Shown: positions 1 through 9,089 of the stretch, one piece after another
Position numbering within the stretch: the first letter of the stretch is position 1
Layout: every line of letters starts with the position of its first letter
Assembly: GCA_019634975.1 (NCBI GenBank)
Contig: JAHCAI010000004.1
Location: forward strand, 45,979-109,978
Length of the DNA stretch: 64,000 nucleotides
Reading direction: 5' to 3'
Origin: Burkholderiales bacterium
GTDB lineage: Bacteria; Pseudomonadota; Gammaproteobacteria; Burkholderiales; SG8-41
Notes under the pieces: generated by a model
The model's input: only the letters and a program-made list of their open reading frames with translations
The model's database searches: none
Told to the model about the DNA's origin: nothing
Position numbers and translations under genes: made by a program

Positions 1-1
1 T

Positions 2-1180
2 CGCGCCACCGGCTATCCGCTGCGGCTGTACAGCGGCAGGGACGTGCTGGAGAACCTGCCGGCTGAACTGAAACGCCACCGCTCGCAACGTGCCTACGTG
101 ATCTGCGGCCGCAGCGTGTCGCGCAGGACCGGCCTGGTCGACCGCATCGCGGCGATCCTCGGTCCGGCCTATGCCGGCCGCTATGATGAAATCGAGAAGG
201 ACACCACGCTGGCGTCGGTGCAGGCGGCGACGGCTGCGGCGCGCGCGGCAGATGCCGACCTGCTGATCGGTGTCGGTGCCGGCAGCGTGATCCAGGGCAC
301 GCGCGTGGTGGCGATCCTGCTTGCCGAAAAAGCGCCCGTTGACCAGTTGATCACCCAATATCCGGACAATGCGCCGGCGATCAGTCCCAGGCTGCTGGCG
401 CCCAAGTTGCCGGTCATCAATGTACTGACCGCGGCAACCACCGCGCAGAACCGTGCAGGCTCTGCGGTGAAGGATCCGGCACGTCCGAACCGCATGGAGT
501 TTTTTGATCCCAAGACCCGGCCCGTCGCGCTGTTCTGGGACGAGGAAGCACTGCTGACTGCGCCGGTGTCGCTGGCCCGCACCACCGGTACCTCGGTATT
601 CTGGCGCGCGATCATGAACCTCGGTGCGCCGCGCATGGCGCCGCTGTCGGAAGGCGACCGGCTGCAGGCCTTTCGCCTCGCGCGCGGCGCCTATCCGCGC
701 ATGGCGGATCCCTCGGATGCCGCGGCGCGGCTCGAAATGTGTGCCGCCGCTTTCCTGCAGAATCGCGATGCCGATGACGGCGGCGCGCTGACCGAAAAAC
801 ACTGGCCGGCACGGGTGACTTATGCGCTGGCCACCGCGCTGTTCAACCGCCATGCCCATGTCGGACAGGGCGAGGCCAACTCGGCGCTGACCGCGACCGT
901 GATCCGCCATTTCGGCATGCGCGATCCGGAAGCCATGGCATTGATTGCCGCGGCATTCGAGGCGAACGACAGCCGTCCGCCGCATGAACGGGCCGCGGAG
1001 GCCGTGGAGCGCGCCTTTGCCCAGGCCGGCATGCCGGTGCGGCTGGGCGAGCTGGATATCCCGCGCGACAGCCTGGCCGATGTGCTGGAAGCATCGCTCA
1101 AAAATTTCAATGCCGATCCGAAGCGCGAGTTCCTGCGTGAGCGCGATGCGCTGATGAGCGCGCTGGAAGCGGCCTGGTAA
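2..1180 (+). CDS. iron-containing (group III) alcohol dehydrogenase / maleylacetate-reductase-like oxidoreductase, 5' end outside window
   Basis: The frame stays open from the window edge through the GTG at 44 (upstream codons read RATGYPLRLYSGRD). The DLLIGVGAGSVIQGTRVV glycine-rich segment and His-rich C-terminal half (NRHAHVGQGE) fit the Fe-ADH fold. Assignment is from motif recall only. Confidence 0.6.
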   Translation, partial: RATGYPLRLYSGRDVLENLPAELKRHRSQRAYVICGRSVSRRTGLVDRIAAILGPAYAGRYDEIEKDTTLASVQAATAAARAADADLLIGVGAGSVIQGTRVVAILLAEKAPVDQLITQYPDNAPAISPRLLAPKLPVINVLTAATTAQNRAGSAVKDPARPNRMEFFDPKTRPVALFWDEEALLTAPVSLARTTGTSVFWRAIMNLGAPRMAPLSEGDRLQAFRLARGAYPRMADPSDAAARLEMCAAAFLQNRDADDGGALTEKHWPARVTYALATALFNRHAHVGQGEANSALTATVIRHFGMRDPEAMALIAAAFEANDSRPPHERAAEAVERAFAQAGMPVRLGELDIPRDSLADVLEASLKNFNADPKREFLRERDALMSALEAAW

Positions 1181-1306
1181 TGCCGGCTCCATAGTGCGGT
1201 CATCAGCTTGACGCCGAATGCGGCGCGGCAAAGAATCAACGTCCAACCAGAATAACAGCGGCATCAGCCGCGCTGCTGCAATACCTGTCCAAACGAGGAG
1301 GTATTT

Positions 1307-2302
1307 ATGACTGTACCGCATTCAGCCGGCCTGTCCGGTCTGGCATCGCTGACCTGTGTTGCCTGTGCATTGTTTGCTGCGATGCCGGAGGCCTCGGCAC
1401 AGCAGTTTCCGCAGCGCCCGATCCGTTTCATCATTCCGCTGGCACCCGGCGGCGGCGTGGACATCACCGCGCGCACCGTGGCGCCCCGGCTCGGCGCGCT
1501 GCTGGGGCAGACCGTGGTCGTCGACAACAGGCCCGGCGCGACCGGGGCGATCGGACTGGAAACGGCGGCCCGTGCCCATCCGGACGGGCACACCATGGTG
1601 ATGATCACCGGAACCCATACCGCGCGCCGCGCTACGCACCACGGGCGCCTGACGTACGACCTGCTGAAGGATTTCAGGGCGGTCACCCAGATGACCCAGC
1701 AGTCCTATGTGCTGGTCCTGCATCCGGGCGTAGCGGCAAAATCGATTCCGGAGCTGCTGGCGCTGGCCAAGGCCAAACCCGGCGGCCTGACCTACGGTTC
1801 CGCAGGTCAAGGCAGCCTGCAGCACCTCTCCGGGGCGCTGCTCGGCGCGCTGACGAACACGAACCTGCTGCATGTGGCGTACAAGGGCGGCGGCCCCGCG
1901 CTTGCCGACGTGCTGGCAGGACAGATCAGCATGGTGTTTGCCACGCCGCTGGAATCGGTTCCGCATATCAAGACCGGGCGCCTTCGCGCCCTCGCGGTCA
2001 CGAGTCCCAAGCGTTCGCCCGCCATGCCGGATTTGCCGTCGATTGCGGAGACCGGCGTCGCGGGATACGAAGTGACCAACTGGTACGGCGTGCTGGTCCC
2101 CGCGGCCACTCCGGTGACAGTCGTCAACATCCTCAACCGGGGGATCGTGGATGTCCTGCGCACGCCGGAAATGCAGGAGCGCTTCAAGGCTGACGGCGTG
2201 GAGCTGGTGGGATCGACGCCGGCGGAGTACCAGAAACACATTTCCGCCGAAATCGTGAAATGGGAAGGCGTCGTCAAGAAGGCCGGGATCAAGGTCGACT
2301 AG
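1307..2302 (+). CDS. Bug family (TctC-like) tripartite tricarboxylate transporter periplasmic substrate-binding protein
   Basis: Signal peptide ending EASAQQ. Bug hallmarks RPIRFIIPLAPGGGVDITAR and VVDNRPGATG. 331 aa. GAGGAG lies 6 nt upstream of the ATG. Confidence 0.85.
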   Translation: MTVPHSAGLSGLASLTCVACALFAAMPEASAQQFPQRPIRFIIPLAPGGGVDITARTVAPRLGALLGQTVVVDNRPGATGAIGLETAARAHPDGHTMVMITGTHTARRATHHGRLTYDLLKDFRAVTQMTQQSYVLVLHPGVAAKSIPELLALAKAKPGGLTYGSAGQGSLQHLSGALLGALTNTNLLHVAYKGGGPALADVLAGQISMVFATPLESVPHIKTGRLRALAVTSPKRSPAMPDLPSIAETGVAGYEVTNWYGVLVPAATPVTVVNILNRGIVDVLRTPEMQERFKADGVELVGSTPAEYQKHISAEIVKWEGVVKKAGIKVD

Positions 2303-2333
2303 GACATTCGGGATTCAAACAAAGGAGCTGAAG

Positions 2334-3254
2334 ATGCGAGTGGGATTCATAGGACTGGGCACCATGGGAGCCTCGATTGCGCTGAACGCCATGAAGGGCG
2401 GATTTGCGCTGACCGTGCATGACGTGCGCAAGGAGGCCTCGGCACCCCATGTCGCCGGCGGCGCGCGCTGGGCGGACACGGTGGAGGATCTGGGGCGCGA
2501 TGCGGACGTGGTCCTGACCTCGCTGCCGGGGCCGAAGGAAGTGAAGGCAGTGGCCGAGGGCCTGCTCAAGGTCATGCGACCCGGCACGGTGTGGTTCGAC
2601 CTGTCGACCAACTCGCCTACGGTGATCCGCGATTTGCATGCGCGGTTCGCCGAAAAGAAAATTTCCCTGCTCGACGCGCCGGTGAGCGGCGGCCCCTCCG
2701 GCGCAAAGTCCGGGAAAATGGCGCTGTGGGTGGGCGGTGACAAGGCCGAGTTCGAGCGTTGCCGCAAGGTGCTTGATGCGGTGGGCGACCAGGTGATCCA
2801 CATCGGACCGGTCGGCGCCGGGTCAGTGGCGAAGCTGGTGCACAACTGCGCCGGTTACGCGATGCAGCTCGCCTTGGTCGAACTGTTCACGATGGGCGTC
2901 AAGGCGGGCGTCGACCCGTTGCCGCTGTGGGCCGCGATCCGCCAGGGCGCGCTCGGCCGCAAGCGTTCCTTCGACCGCATCGGTGACCAGTTCCTGCAGG
3001 GCAAGTTCGATCCGCCGAACTTCGCACTGGCGTTGGCACACAAGGACGTCACCCTGGCCACCGAGCTGGCACGCGAGATCGGGGTGCCGATGCGGCTCGC
3101 AAACCTGACCTACGCCGAAATGACCGAAGCGCTCAACCGCGGCTGGGCGCATCGGGACTCCCGCTCCTATCTGATCCTGCAGCAGGAGCGCGCCGGACTG
3201 AACATCAAGGTGCCCGTCGAGGACATCGAGGCCGTGCTCAAGCGCGATGGCTGA
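2334..3254 (+). CDS. NAD(P)-dependent 3-hydroxyisobutyrate / 6-phosphogluconate dehydrogenase-family oxidoreductase
   Basis: N-terminal Rossmann motif MRVGFIGLGTMG, central GPVGAGSVAKLVHN. 306 aa. AAGGAG RBS. Confidence 0.8.
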   Translation: MRVGFIGLGTMGASIALNAMKGGFALTVHDVRKEASAPHVAGGARWADTVEDLGRDADVVLTSLPGPKEVKAVAEGLLKVMRPGTVWFDLSTNSPTVIRDLHARFAEKKISLLDAPVSGGPSGAKSGKMALWVGGDKAEFERCRKVLDAVGDQVIHIGPVGAGSVAKLVHNCAGYAMQLALVELFTMGVKAGVDPLPLWAAIRQGALGRKRSFDRIGDQFLQGKFDPPNFALALAHKDVTLATELAREIGVPMRLANLTYAEMTEALNRGWAHRDSRSYLILQQERAGLNIKVPVEDIEAVLKRDG

Positions 3255-3409
3255 TTTGCCGTGACGGGCCGCGCGGCTGAGGTTGCCGCGCTCCGGAGAA
3301 TCTCTTCAGCCGGCGCCGGAGGGGCGGGTGCCGGCATGGCTGTCCATGCTGCCCGTTCTGTGATTACAATCCCGAAAACGGGTTCGTATCATTTGTGCAG
3401 GGGGCGGAC

Positions 3410-3649
3410 ATGTTCGCGATCGTCAGCAAATCCGACGGGTTCCCGGTCAGCCGCAGTGTCGGCGACGGCCAGCCCGACCTCGTGGTGACCTGGACTTCCG
3501 GCGACAGGGCCAAGGCGTTTCTTGCGGCGAAGGGCATTGAAGCGGAGTATTCGGTAGTGGCGCTCACCGAGGATGCGCTCGCCGGCATGGCGAAAGCTTT
3601 GGGCTGTGACGCCGACGCGATCGCCTTTGACGCCTATCCCGAGAAGTAA
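3410..3649 (+). CDS. hypothetical small soluble protein (79 aa)
   Basis: ORF with AGGGGG about 7 nt before ATG 3410 (the track ORF starts at GTG 3395). GC-rich third positions. No domain recognised. Confidence 0.4.
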   Translation: MFAIVSKSDGFPVSRSVGDGQPDLVVTWTSGDRAKAFLAAKGIEAEYSVVALTEDALAGMAKALGCDADAIAFDAYPEK

Positions 3650-3675
3650 CTCCCCGTGCCTCAGCCGCAGTCCTG

Positions 3676-3954
3676 TTGAAATATCTCGCCTGCCTCGGCA
3701 TCCCGCTGCTGCTGCAGGCCGTGCTGACCCTGATTTTCAGCCAGGCCGCATCCGGCGGCTCCTTCGTCGGGCTTGGCGCCCTGCTGATGGCGCTGTTCGG
3801 CATGCCCCTGACCCTGGTCATCAGCTTTGCGCTGATCCGCTCCCGGCCCGAGCAGACCCTGGTGGCGCATTTCAACCGCTCCTTCATGCTCGGGCTGATA
3901 CTGCCGGGGCTGCAGTTCAGCCTGCTGATCGCGGCCTCGATCGGGCGCTGGTGA
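3676..3954 (+). CDS. hypothetical small membrane protein (92 aa)
   Basis: TTG start. Three hydrophobic helices (LACLGIPLLLQAVLTLIF, GLGALLMALFGMPLTLVISFALI, MLGLILPGLQFSLLIAA). Ends 5 nt before the patatin-like gene. Confidence 0.4.
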   Translation: MKYLACLGIPLLLQAVLTLIFSQAASGGSFVGLGALLMALFGMPLTLVISFALIRSRPEQTLVAHFNRSFMLGLILPGLQFSLLIAASIGRW

Positions 3955-3959
3955 GTCCC

Positions 3960-5309
3960 ATGCGCAGCGTGCTCCGCGTTTGTGTGCTGTTGCTTCTGCT
4001 GCCGCTTGGCGGTTGCGGTGCCTGGCACTACACGGTCAATGCGCCGCTCGAGCGTTACTCGGAGTCCCACGGTTACCGCCTCGCCAACCTTGAGGACGAC
4101 GGCAACAGTGACAGCCTGCTGGTCCTGGCCGCGTTCTCCGGAGGCGGGATGCGCGCGGCGGCGCTGTCCTACGGCGTGCTGGAGCGGCTGGCCGCGGAGC
4201 GGATCACCTGGGAAGGCCGGTCCAAGCGCCTGCTCGACGAGATCGACATCATCAATGCGGTTTCCGGCGGCAGCATCACGGCCGCCTACTATGCGCTGCA
4301 CCGCGACCGCATTTTCGAGGATTTCGAGCGCCGGATTGTCCTGCCGAACCTTCAGGATCAGCTTGCCTCGCGCATCATTTCCCTGACCGCAATTCCGCGG
4401 CTGCTCTCGCCACGCTACGGGCGCGCCGACATGCTGCAGGAATTCCTCGACGAGTCGCTGTTCGAAGGGCGCACCTTTGCCGAGCTGACCTCGAGCCGGC
4501 GCCGCCCTTTCGTGGTGATCAGCGCCACCGACATGGCCCTTGGCGCCCGCCTCGAATTCACCCAGGACTACTTCAACCTGATCTGCTCCGATCTTGACCG
4601 TTTCCCCGTCGCGCGCGCGGTGGCGGCATCGGCAGCCGTGCCGCTGTTGCTGTCACCGGTGACGCTGTGGAACTATGCCGGCAAATGTGATGCGCCGACC
4701 GCTTTTCTGGAGGCGCCGGCCGCGGAAGGAGAGATCGCGCCGCGCCAGCAACAGCGCCGCCGGGAGCTTGCGTCCTATCTCGATGCGCAGCAGCGCCCCT
4801 TCCTGCACCTGCTCGACGGCGGGCTCTCCGACAACATCGGACTGGGCGCTTTCATGGAGGCCGCGGAAATCCATGGCAGCGTTGACGCGGCGATCGAGGC
4901 GCTGGGCTTCCGCGGCGTGCGCAAGCTGGTGTTCATCATCGTCAATGCCGAAACCGAATCCGACCGCGGTCCGGACCTGAGCGCCGATGTTCCGGGAATC
5001 CTGCAGGTCGGGCGCGCGCTGGGTGATATACCGATCAACCGCTATTCCTACGAGACGCAGCTGCGCCTGACCCAGTCGCTGCAGCGCTGGCACCGCAGCC
5101 AGCAGGTGCCGCCGGAATCCCGCGTCGATCTCTACATCATCAACGTCGGGCTGCAGGCGCTGGAGGATCCGGAGGAGCGCCTCACCCTGATGTCGCTGCC
5201 TACCGCGCTGCAGCTTCCGGCCGAATCCGTTGCAAGGATCCGCGCAGCCGCGGCGCGCCTGATGGAAAATTCGCCGGACTTCCGGCGGCTGCTGTCCGAC
5301 CTGCGCTGA
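3960..5309 (+). CDS. patatin-like phospholipase, predicted lipoprotein
   Basis: Internal ATG 3960 gives the signal/lipobox MRSVLRVCVLLLLLPLGGC. It carries the oxyanion motif SGGGMRAA, the nucleophile elbow AVSGGS and the catalytic Asp in LLDGGLSDN. The 129 codons upstream in the track ORF (3573..3959) overlap two other genes and are Arg/Pro-rich. Confidence 0.8.
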   Translation: MRSVLRVCVLLLLLPLGGCGAWHYTVNAPLERYSESHGYRLANLEDDGNSDSLLVLAAFSGGGMRAAALSYGVLERLAAERITWEGRSKRLLDEIDIINAVSGGSITAAYYALHRDRIFEDFERRIVLPNLQDQLASRIISLTAIPRLLSPRYGRADMLQEFLDESLFEGRTFAELTSSRRRPFVVISATDMALGARLEFTQDYFNLICSDLDRFPVARAVAASAAVPLLLSPVTLWNYAGKCDAPTAFLEAPAAEGEIAPRQQQRRRELASYLDAQQRPFLHLLDGGLSDNIGLGAFMEAAEIHGSVDAAIEALGFRGVRKLVFIIVNAETESDRGPDLSADVPGILQVGRALGDIPINRYSYETQLRLTQSLQRWHRSQQVPPESRVDLYIINVGLQALEDPEERLTLMSLPTALQLPAESVARIRAAAARLMENSPDFRRLLSDLR

Positions 5310-5404
5310 TCCGCGGCGCGAAGGCCGGTACTCGTGCGGGGCGGTGCCTGCCCTGCGGCCGCTCGGCTACAATGCCTGCAGCTTGATCACGCGAAAAGGA
5401 GCAC

Positions 5405-5791
5405 ATGGATACCCTGCATCCCGGCATGACACTCACCGTCGAACGTGAAGTCACGGAGGCGATGACCACGCAGCGCGGCGACTACCGCGTGTTTTCGACG
5501 CCGTCGATGGTGCAGTTCTGCGAAAGTTCGGCGGGACAGCTTGTGGCCCCGCACCTCAAGCCCGGCCAGGGCCAGGTCGGCACCGTGGTGACCATACGCC
5601 ACATGGGGCCGACGCCGCTGGGCAAGCGCGTGCGCGCGGAGGTGGAACTCGTCAGCATCGACCGGCGGCGCCTCAGCTTCAGGATCAAGGTCTTCGACGA
5701 TGTCGAACAGGTCGGCGAGTGCGAGCACGACCGCTTTGTCGTCGACCTCGACAAGTATCAGGCGAAGCTGAAACAGAAGATCGGAGCCTGA
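5405..5791 (+). CDS. hotdog-fold thioesterase (FlK-like family)
   Basis: 128 aa. Pattern MTLTVEREVTEAMT...FSTPSMVQFCE...VGTVVTIRHMGPTPLG...GECEHDRFVV resembles FlK-type thioesterases. AAGGAG RBS. Confidence 0.55.
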   Translation: MDTLHPGMTLTVEREVTEAMTTQRGDYRVFSTPSMVQFCESSAGQLVAPHLKPGQGQVGTVVTIRHMGPTPLGKRVRAEVELVSIDRRRLSFRIKVFDDVEQVGECEHDRFVVDLDKYQAKLKQKIGA

Positions 5792-5811
5792 GCCTATACC
5801 TGGTTATTTTA

Positions 5812-5838
5812 TAAGTAGTTGATTTTATTAAAATTTTT
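5812..5838 (+). repeat. AT-rich intergenic motif, copy A (TAAGTAGTTGATTTTATTAAAATTTTT)
   Basis: Read directly. Aligns with copies C-F. The opposite strand reads AATCAACTACTTA (WATCAANNNNTTR). Overlaps the last codons and stop of the DMT gene. Confidence 0.7.
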
Positions 5839-6589
5839 GTAAGGTGCTGCGCCGTGCAAGCGCGATGCCGGTGAGCACCAGGGCGGCACCGGCGAACTGC
5901 AGGGCACCGAGGGTTTCGCCCAGCAACAGCCACGCGAACAGCGTCGCCATCACCGGTTGCAGCAGCAGGCCCACCGATGAGAACACTGCGGGCAGATGGG
6001 CCATTGCCCAGGCAATCAGGCTCTGGCCGATGACCTGCGCGCACAGCGCGATGCCGATCAGTTTCATCCATCCTGCGCCGCTGTCCGGCAGCAGCTGATC
6101 GCCGGACAGCCAGGCCAGCGGCAGCAGCAGCAAGGCCATCACCGTGCTGCTCCAGGCCATCAGGCTCGCGGTCGGCATGTATGCGCGCAGCCGGGTCACC
6201 GCAATCTGGTAGGCCGCGTAGAACATCGCGGTGATCACGCCGAGGCCGTCGCCGAGCAGCGCCGCGCCGCCTTGGCCGAAGCTGGCGCCGATCAGCAGCA
6301 GCGTGCCGGCCATCGCTGCGGCGAGTCCGGCGACGAACAGTTTTCGCGGCAATTGACCCCAGAGCAGCCACGCCGCCATCGTGACGAAAATCGGCGCGAG
6401 GTTGGCCAGCAGCGTGGTATTGGCAATGGAGGTCAGCAGGATCGACCAGTGCCACACGGCAAGGTCGCCCGCAAAAAAGGCTCCCACGGCAAACAGCCTG
6501 CCGCGATGCGCGCGGAAATGGCTGCGCTGGCGGACCATGCCCTCGCTCGCCAGCGTCCACAGCCACAGCAGCGGCAATGCCAGGAACAC
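5828..6589 (-). CDS. DMT superfamily (EamA-like) transporter; start uncertain, conserved N-terminus extends to about 6715
   Basis: Multi-TM protein with two EamA-type halves. The first canonical start is GTG 6589, but the same frame upstream encodes LNKPPAAWLPLLALFAGATAIATAPLFVKVSETGPVATAFWR, an EamA-like TM1, with no ATG/GTG/TTG. Confidence 0.8.
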   Translation of the reverse strand: MFLALPLLWLWTLASEGMVRQRSHFRAHRGRLFAVGAFFAGDLAVWHWSILLTSIANTTLLANLAPIFVTMAAWLLWGQLPRKLFVAGLAAAMAGTLLLIGASFGQGGAALLGDGLGVITAMFYAAYQIAVTRLRAYMPTASLMAWSSTVMALLLLPLAWLSGDQLLPDSGAGWMKLIGIALCAQVIGQSLIAWAMAHLPAVFSSVGLLLQPVMATLFAWLLLGETLGALQFAGAALVLTGIALARRSTLQKF

Positions 6590-6711
6590 GCGCCAGAAGG
6601 CGGTTGCAACGGGCCCGGTCTCACTGACCTTGACGAACAGCGGCGCTGTCGCAATCGCTGTCGCGCCGGCGAACAGGGCGAGGAGCGGCAGCCATGCTGC
6701 CGGCGGCTTGT

Positions 6712-7173
6712 TCAGGGCGGTGGCCTTCCGTCAGGTGTGTGGCGGCGGCCGCGATGCCGCAGTGCATGGTAGACCCCGGCTATGATCATCAGATCAAGCA
6801 GCCCGGCTGCTATGCCGAAAACGAGCCGCCCTTCCAGCTCTGAAGCCGGCGCTTTTTTGGCGGAGGACACGGCGCCGCTTGTCGTACTGGTGGTACGGGT
6901 GAAATGGCGTTCGCCCGGGCCGAAGGCAATCCAGTTGAATATGGCGATGAAGGCGCACAGCGCGATCAGGGCGGACGCCGCCGCCAGCCGCGGCAGAAAG
7001 CGGAACATGAACATGCCGAAGCCGGCCGCAAAAAACACGGTGCCGGTCAACCACAGGATCGCTGCCGGCACTCTCGGTCCGGATGCGCTCACCGGGAATT
7101 GTCCCGATGCCGCCGCCATGACGACGAACCCCATGGCCATGAAAAAGGCGCCCCCGGCAAGCGCCAGGATCAA
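6712..7173 (-). CDS. hypothetical 4-TM membrane protein (153 aa)
   Basis: TTG 7173 lies 5 nt after GAGGAG. The longer track ORF (to 7296) would overlap the upstream enoyl-CoA hydratase gene. Four hydrophobic segments. No domain recognised. Confidence 0.45.
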   Translation of the reverse strand: MILALAGGAFFMAMGFVVMAAASGQFPVSASGPRVPAAILWLTGTVFFAAGFGMFMFRFLPRLAAASALIALCAFIAIFNWIAFGPGERHFTRTTSTTSGAVSSAKKAPASELEGRLVFGIAAGLLDLMIIAGVYHALRHRGRRHTPDGRPPP

Positions 7174-7222
7174 GGGAACTCCTCGCGCGGGCTGCCGGGT
7201 TCCGGCCGGGGATTCGTCCCGC

Positions 7223-7999
7223 CTAGCGCCCCTTGAACCCGGGTTTTCGTTTTTCAATGAAAGCCGCCATGCCTTCCTTCTGGTCCTCGGAGGCAAACAG
7301 CATCTGCAGCGTGCGCGTTTCCAGCGTCAGTCCCGTTTCCAGCGAAGCATCCATGCCGCGGATCACCGACTCCTTGGTTTGCTGGATGGCCAGCGGCGGC
7401 AGCTCGGCGATCTGCGCGGCCATGGCCACCGCGCGCTTCTCGACCTCGGCATCCGGCACGATCTCGCTGACCAGCCCCATTTCGCTGGCCTCGCGGGCGC
7501 CAAACAGGTCTCCGGTGAGCACATAGCGCATGGCCTTGTACTTGCCGACCGTGCGCGGGAAGCGCTGGGTGCCGCCGCCGCCGGGGATGATGCCGATTTT
7601 CACCTCGGGCTGTCCGAATTTGGCCGATTCCCCGGCAATGATGATGTCGCAGGTCATCGCCAGCTCGCAGCCGCCGCCCAGCGCGAAGCCGCTGACTGCG
7701 GCGATCACCGGCTTCGGGCAGGCGTAGATGGTGCGCCACATTTTCTGGGTGCCGCGCAGCAGCATGTCGATCGTCGATGCGTTCGCCATTTCCTTGATGT
7801 CGGCACCGGCGGCGAAGGACTTTTCATTGCCGGTGAGCACGATGCAGCGCACGGATTCGTCTTCGCCCATCTCGGTCAGGTACTGCCCGATCAGCCGCCG
7901 CACTTCCAGGTTCAGCGCATTGCGCGCCTCGGGCCGGTTGATGCGGATCAGGCCAACGCCCTCGGCGGGGCGCTCGGTGATGACGACGGGTGCATTCAT
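7223..7999 (-). CDS. enoyl-CoA hydratase/isomerase family protein
   Basis: Crotonase-fold motifs LTGNEKSFAAGADIKEM and AAVSGFALGGGCELAMTCD. 258 aa. Confidence 0.9.
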   Translation of the reverse strand: MNAPVVITERPAEGVGLIRINRPEARNALNLEVRRLIGQYLTEMGEDESVRCIVLTGNEKSFAAGADIKEMANASTIDMLLRGTQKMWRTIYACPKPVIAAVSGFALGGGCELAMTCDIIIAGESAKFGQPEVKIGIIPGGGGTQRFPRTVGKYKAMRYVLTGDLFGAREASEMGLVSEIVPDAEVEKRAVAMAAQIAELPPLAIQQTKESVIRGMDASLETGLTLETRTLQMLFASEDQKEGMAAFIEKRKPGFKGR

Positions 8000-8040
8000 G
8001 AACGGCTCCTGGTGGCTTGTTCGGTAACGGCGCGGGCGGA

Positions 8041-8076
8041 CAAAACGGAAACGGGCCCCGCGCGGAGCCCGTTCCG
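8041..8076 (-). terminator. putative rho-independent terminator downstream of the Bug gene 8089..9066
   Basis: The minus strand reads CGGAACGGGC-tccgcgcgg-GCCCGTtTCCG followed by TTTTG. One bulge in the stem. Confidence 0.55.
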
Positions 8077-8088
8077 GAGAACAGCGGC

Positions 8089-9066
8089 TTACTGCTTGGC
8101 GAGGCCGATATCGACCAGCACCGCCTTGATGTCGTTGTAATCCTTGGCGATGTCCTTGCTGAACTGGGCATGGCCGACGAAGTCGTCCGACCAGTAGTTT
8201 TTCTCGAGATCGGCCTTCCAGTCCGGGTTCGACGCCGCCTTGCGCAGCACGCCCTCCCAGTAGGCAATCTGCGCCGGCGTGATGTCCTTCGGCGCCATGA
8301 TTGCGCGCCAGCCGCCGTAGACCAGGTTGGCACCCTGCTCCTTCCAGGTCGGCACCTGGGCGAAGGCGCCGGGAAAGCGCTTGTCCGCCGATACTCCGAC
8401 CACGCGCAACCGCCCCTCGGCAACATGCCCGGCGACATTGCCGGCCGCCGTGGTGACCAGATCGATGTGACCGCCCAGCAGCTGGGTGATCGCCTCCGCC
8501 GAGCCCTTGAAGGCAATCGCCTTAAGGTTGCGCGCGTTGACTCCGATGCTTTTTGCCAGCAGCCCGGCGGCGATGTGGTTGTGGCTGCCCAGCGTGGTGG
8601 CGAAGCCGAGCGCCACCGACTGGGGGTTTTCCTTCAGCCTTGCGATCAGGTCCTTGCCGGTCTTGATCGGCGAGTTGGCGTTGACTGCGAACACCACGTA
8701 GTCATTGAACAGCGAGGCCACCGGCGTGAAGTCCATGTAGCTCAGCGGGCTGGTGCCGACGATGTGGTTGGTCAGCAGCGCCGTGGTGCCGATCAGCAGC
8801 GTGTGCGGATCGCCCTTCCTCTGGTTGACGTAATTGAAGGCGATCGAGCTGCCGCCGCCGGGACGGTTGACCACGGTCAGCGAGGTCGGGATCAGCTTGC
8901 CCTCGACAATGGCCCTTTCGACCGCGCGCGCGGTCTTGTCGTTGCTGCCCCCGGGGGCGGAGCCGACGACGATTTCGACGTTGCGGCTCGGTGACCAGCT
9001 TTGCTGGGCCTGGGCCGCGGGTACCGCCAGGGTGGCGGCGGCGAGAACTGCGATCAGCGATTTCAA
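8089..9066 (-). CDS. Bug family (TctC-like) periplasmic substrate-binding protein
   Basis: TTG 9066 lies 5 nt after GAGGAG. Signal peptide LIAVLAAATLAVPAAQAQ. VEIVVGSAPGGSNDKTAR and VVNRPGGGS motifs. The 764-aa track ORF is a run-through of this frame. Confidence 0.8.
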   Translation of the reverse strand: MKSLIAVLAAATLAVPAAQAQQSWSPSRNVEIVVGSAPGGSNDKTARAVERAIVEGKLIPTSLTVVNRPGGGSSIAFNYVNQRKGDPHTLLIGTTALLTNHIVGTSPLSYMDFTPVASLFNDYVVFAVNANSPIKTGKDLIARLKENPQSVALGFATTLGSHNHIAAGLLAKSIGVNARNLKAIAFKGSAEAITQLLGGHIDLVTTAAGNVAGHVAEGRLRVVGVSADKRFPGAFAQVPTWKEQGANLVYGGWRAIMAPKDITPAQIAYWEGVLRKAASNPDWKADLEKNYWSDDFVGHAQFSKDIAKDYNDIKAVLVDIGLAKQ

Positions 9067-9089
9067 GGGATTCTCCTCGGGACGGTGGA

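Noticed and set aside
3573-3959. N-terminal 129-codon extension of the patatin-like ORF
   Set aside because: It overlaps two better-supported small genes and is Pro/Arg-rich. The internal ATG 3960 gives a clean lipoprotein signal peptide.
3960-5309. Patatin-like phospholipase as a CBASS (CapV-like) effector
   Set aside because: There is no cyclase/nucleotidyltransferase or other CBASS gene nearby. The protein has a lipoprotein signal peptide, which indicates envelope localisation.
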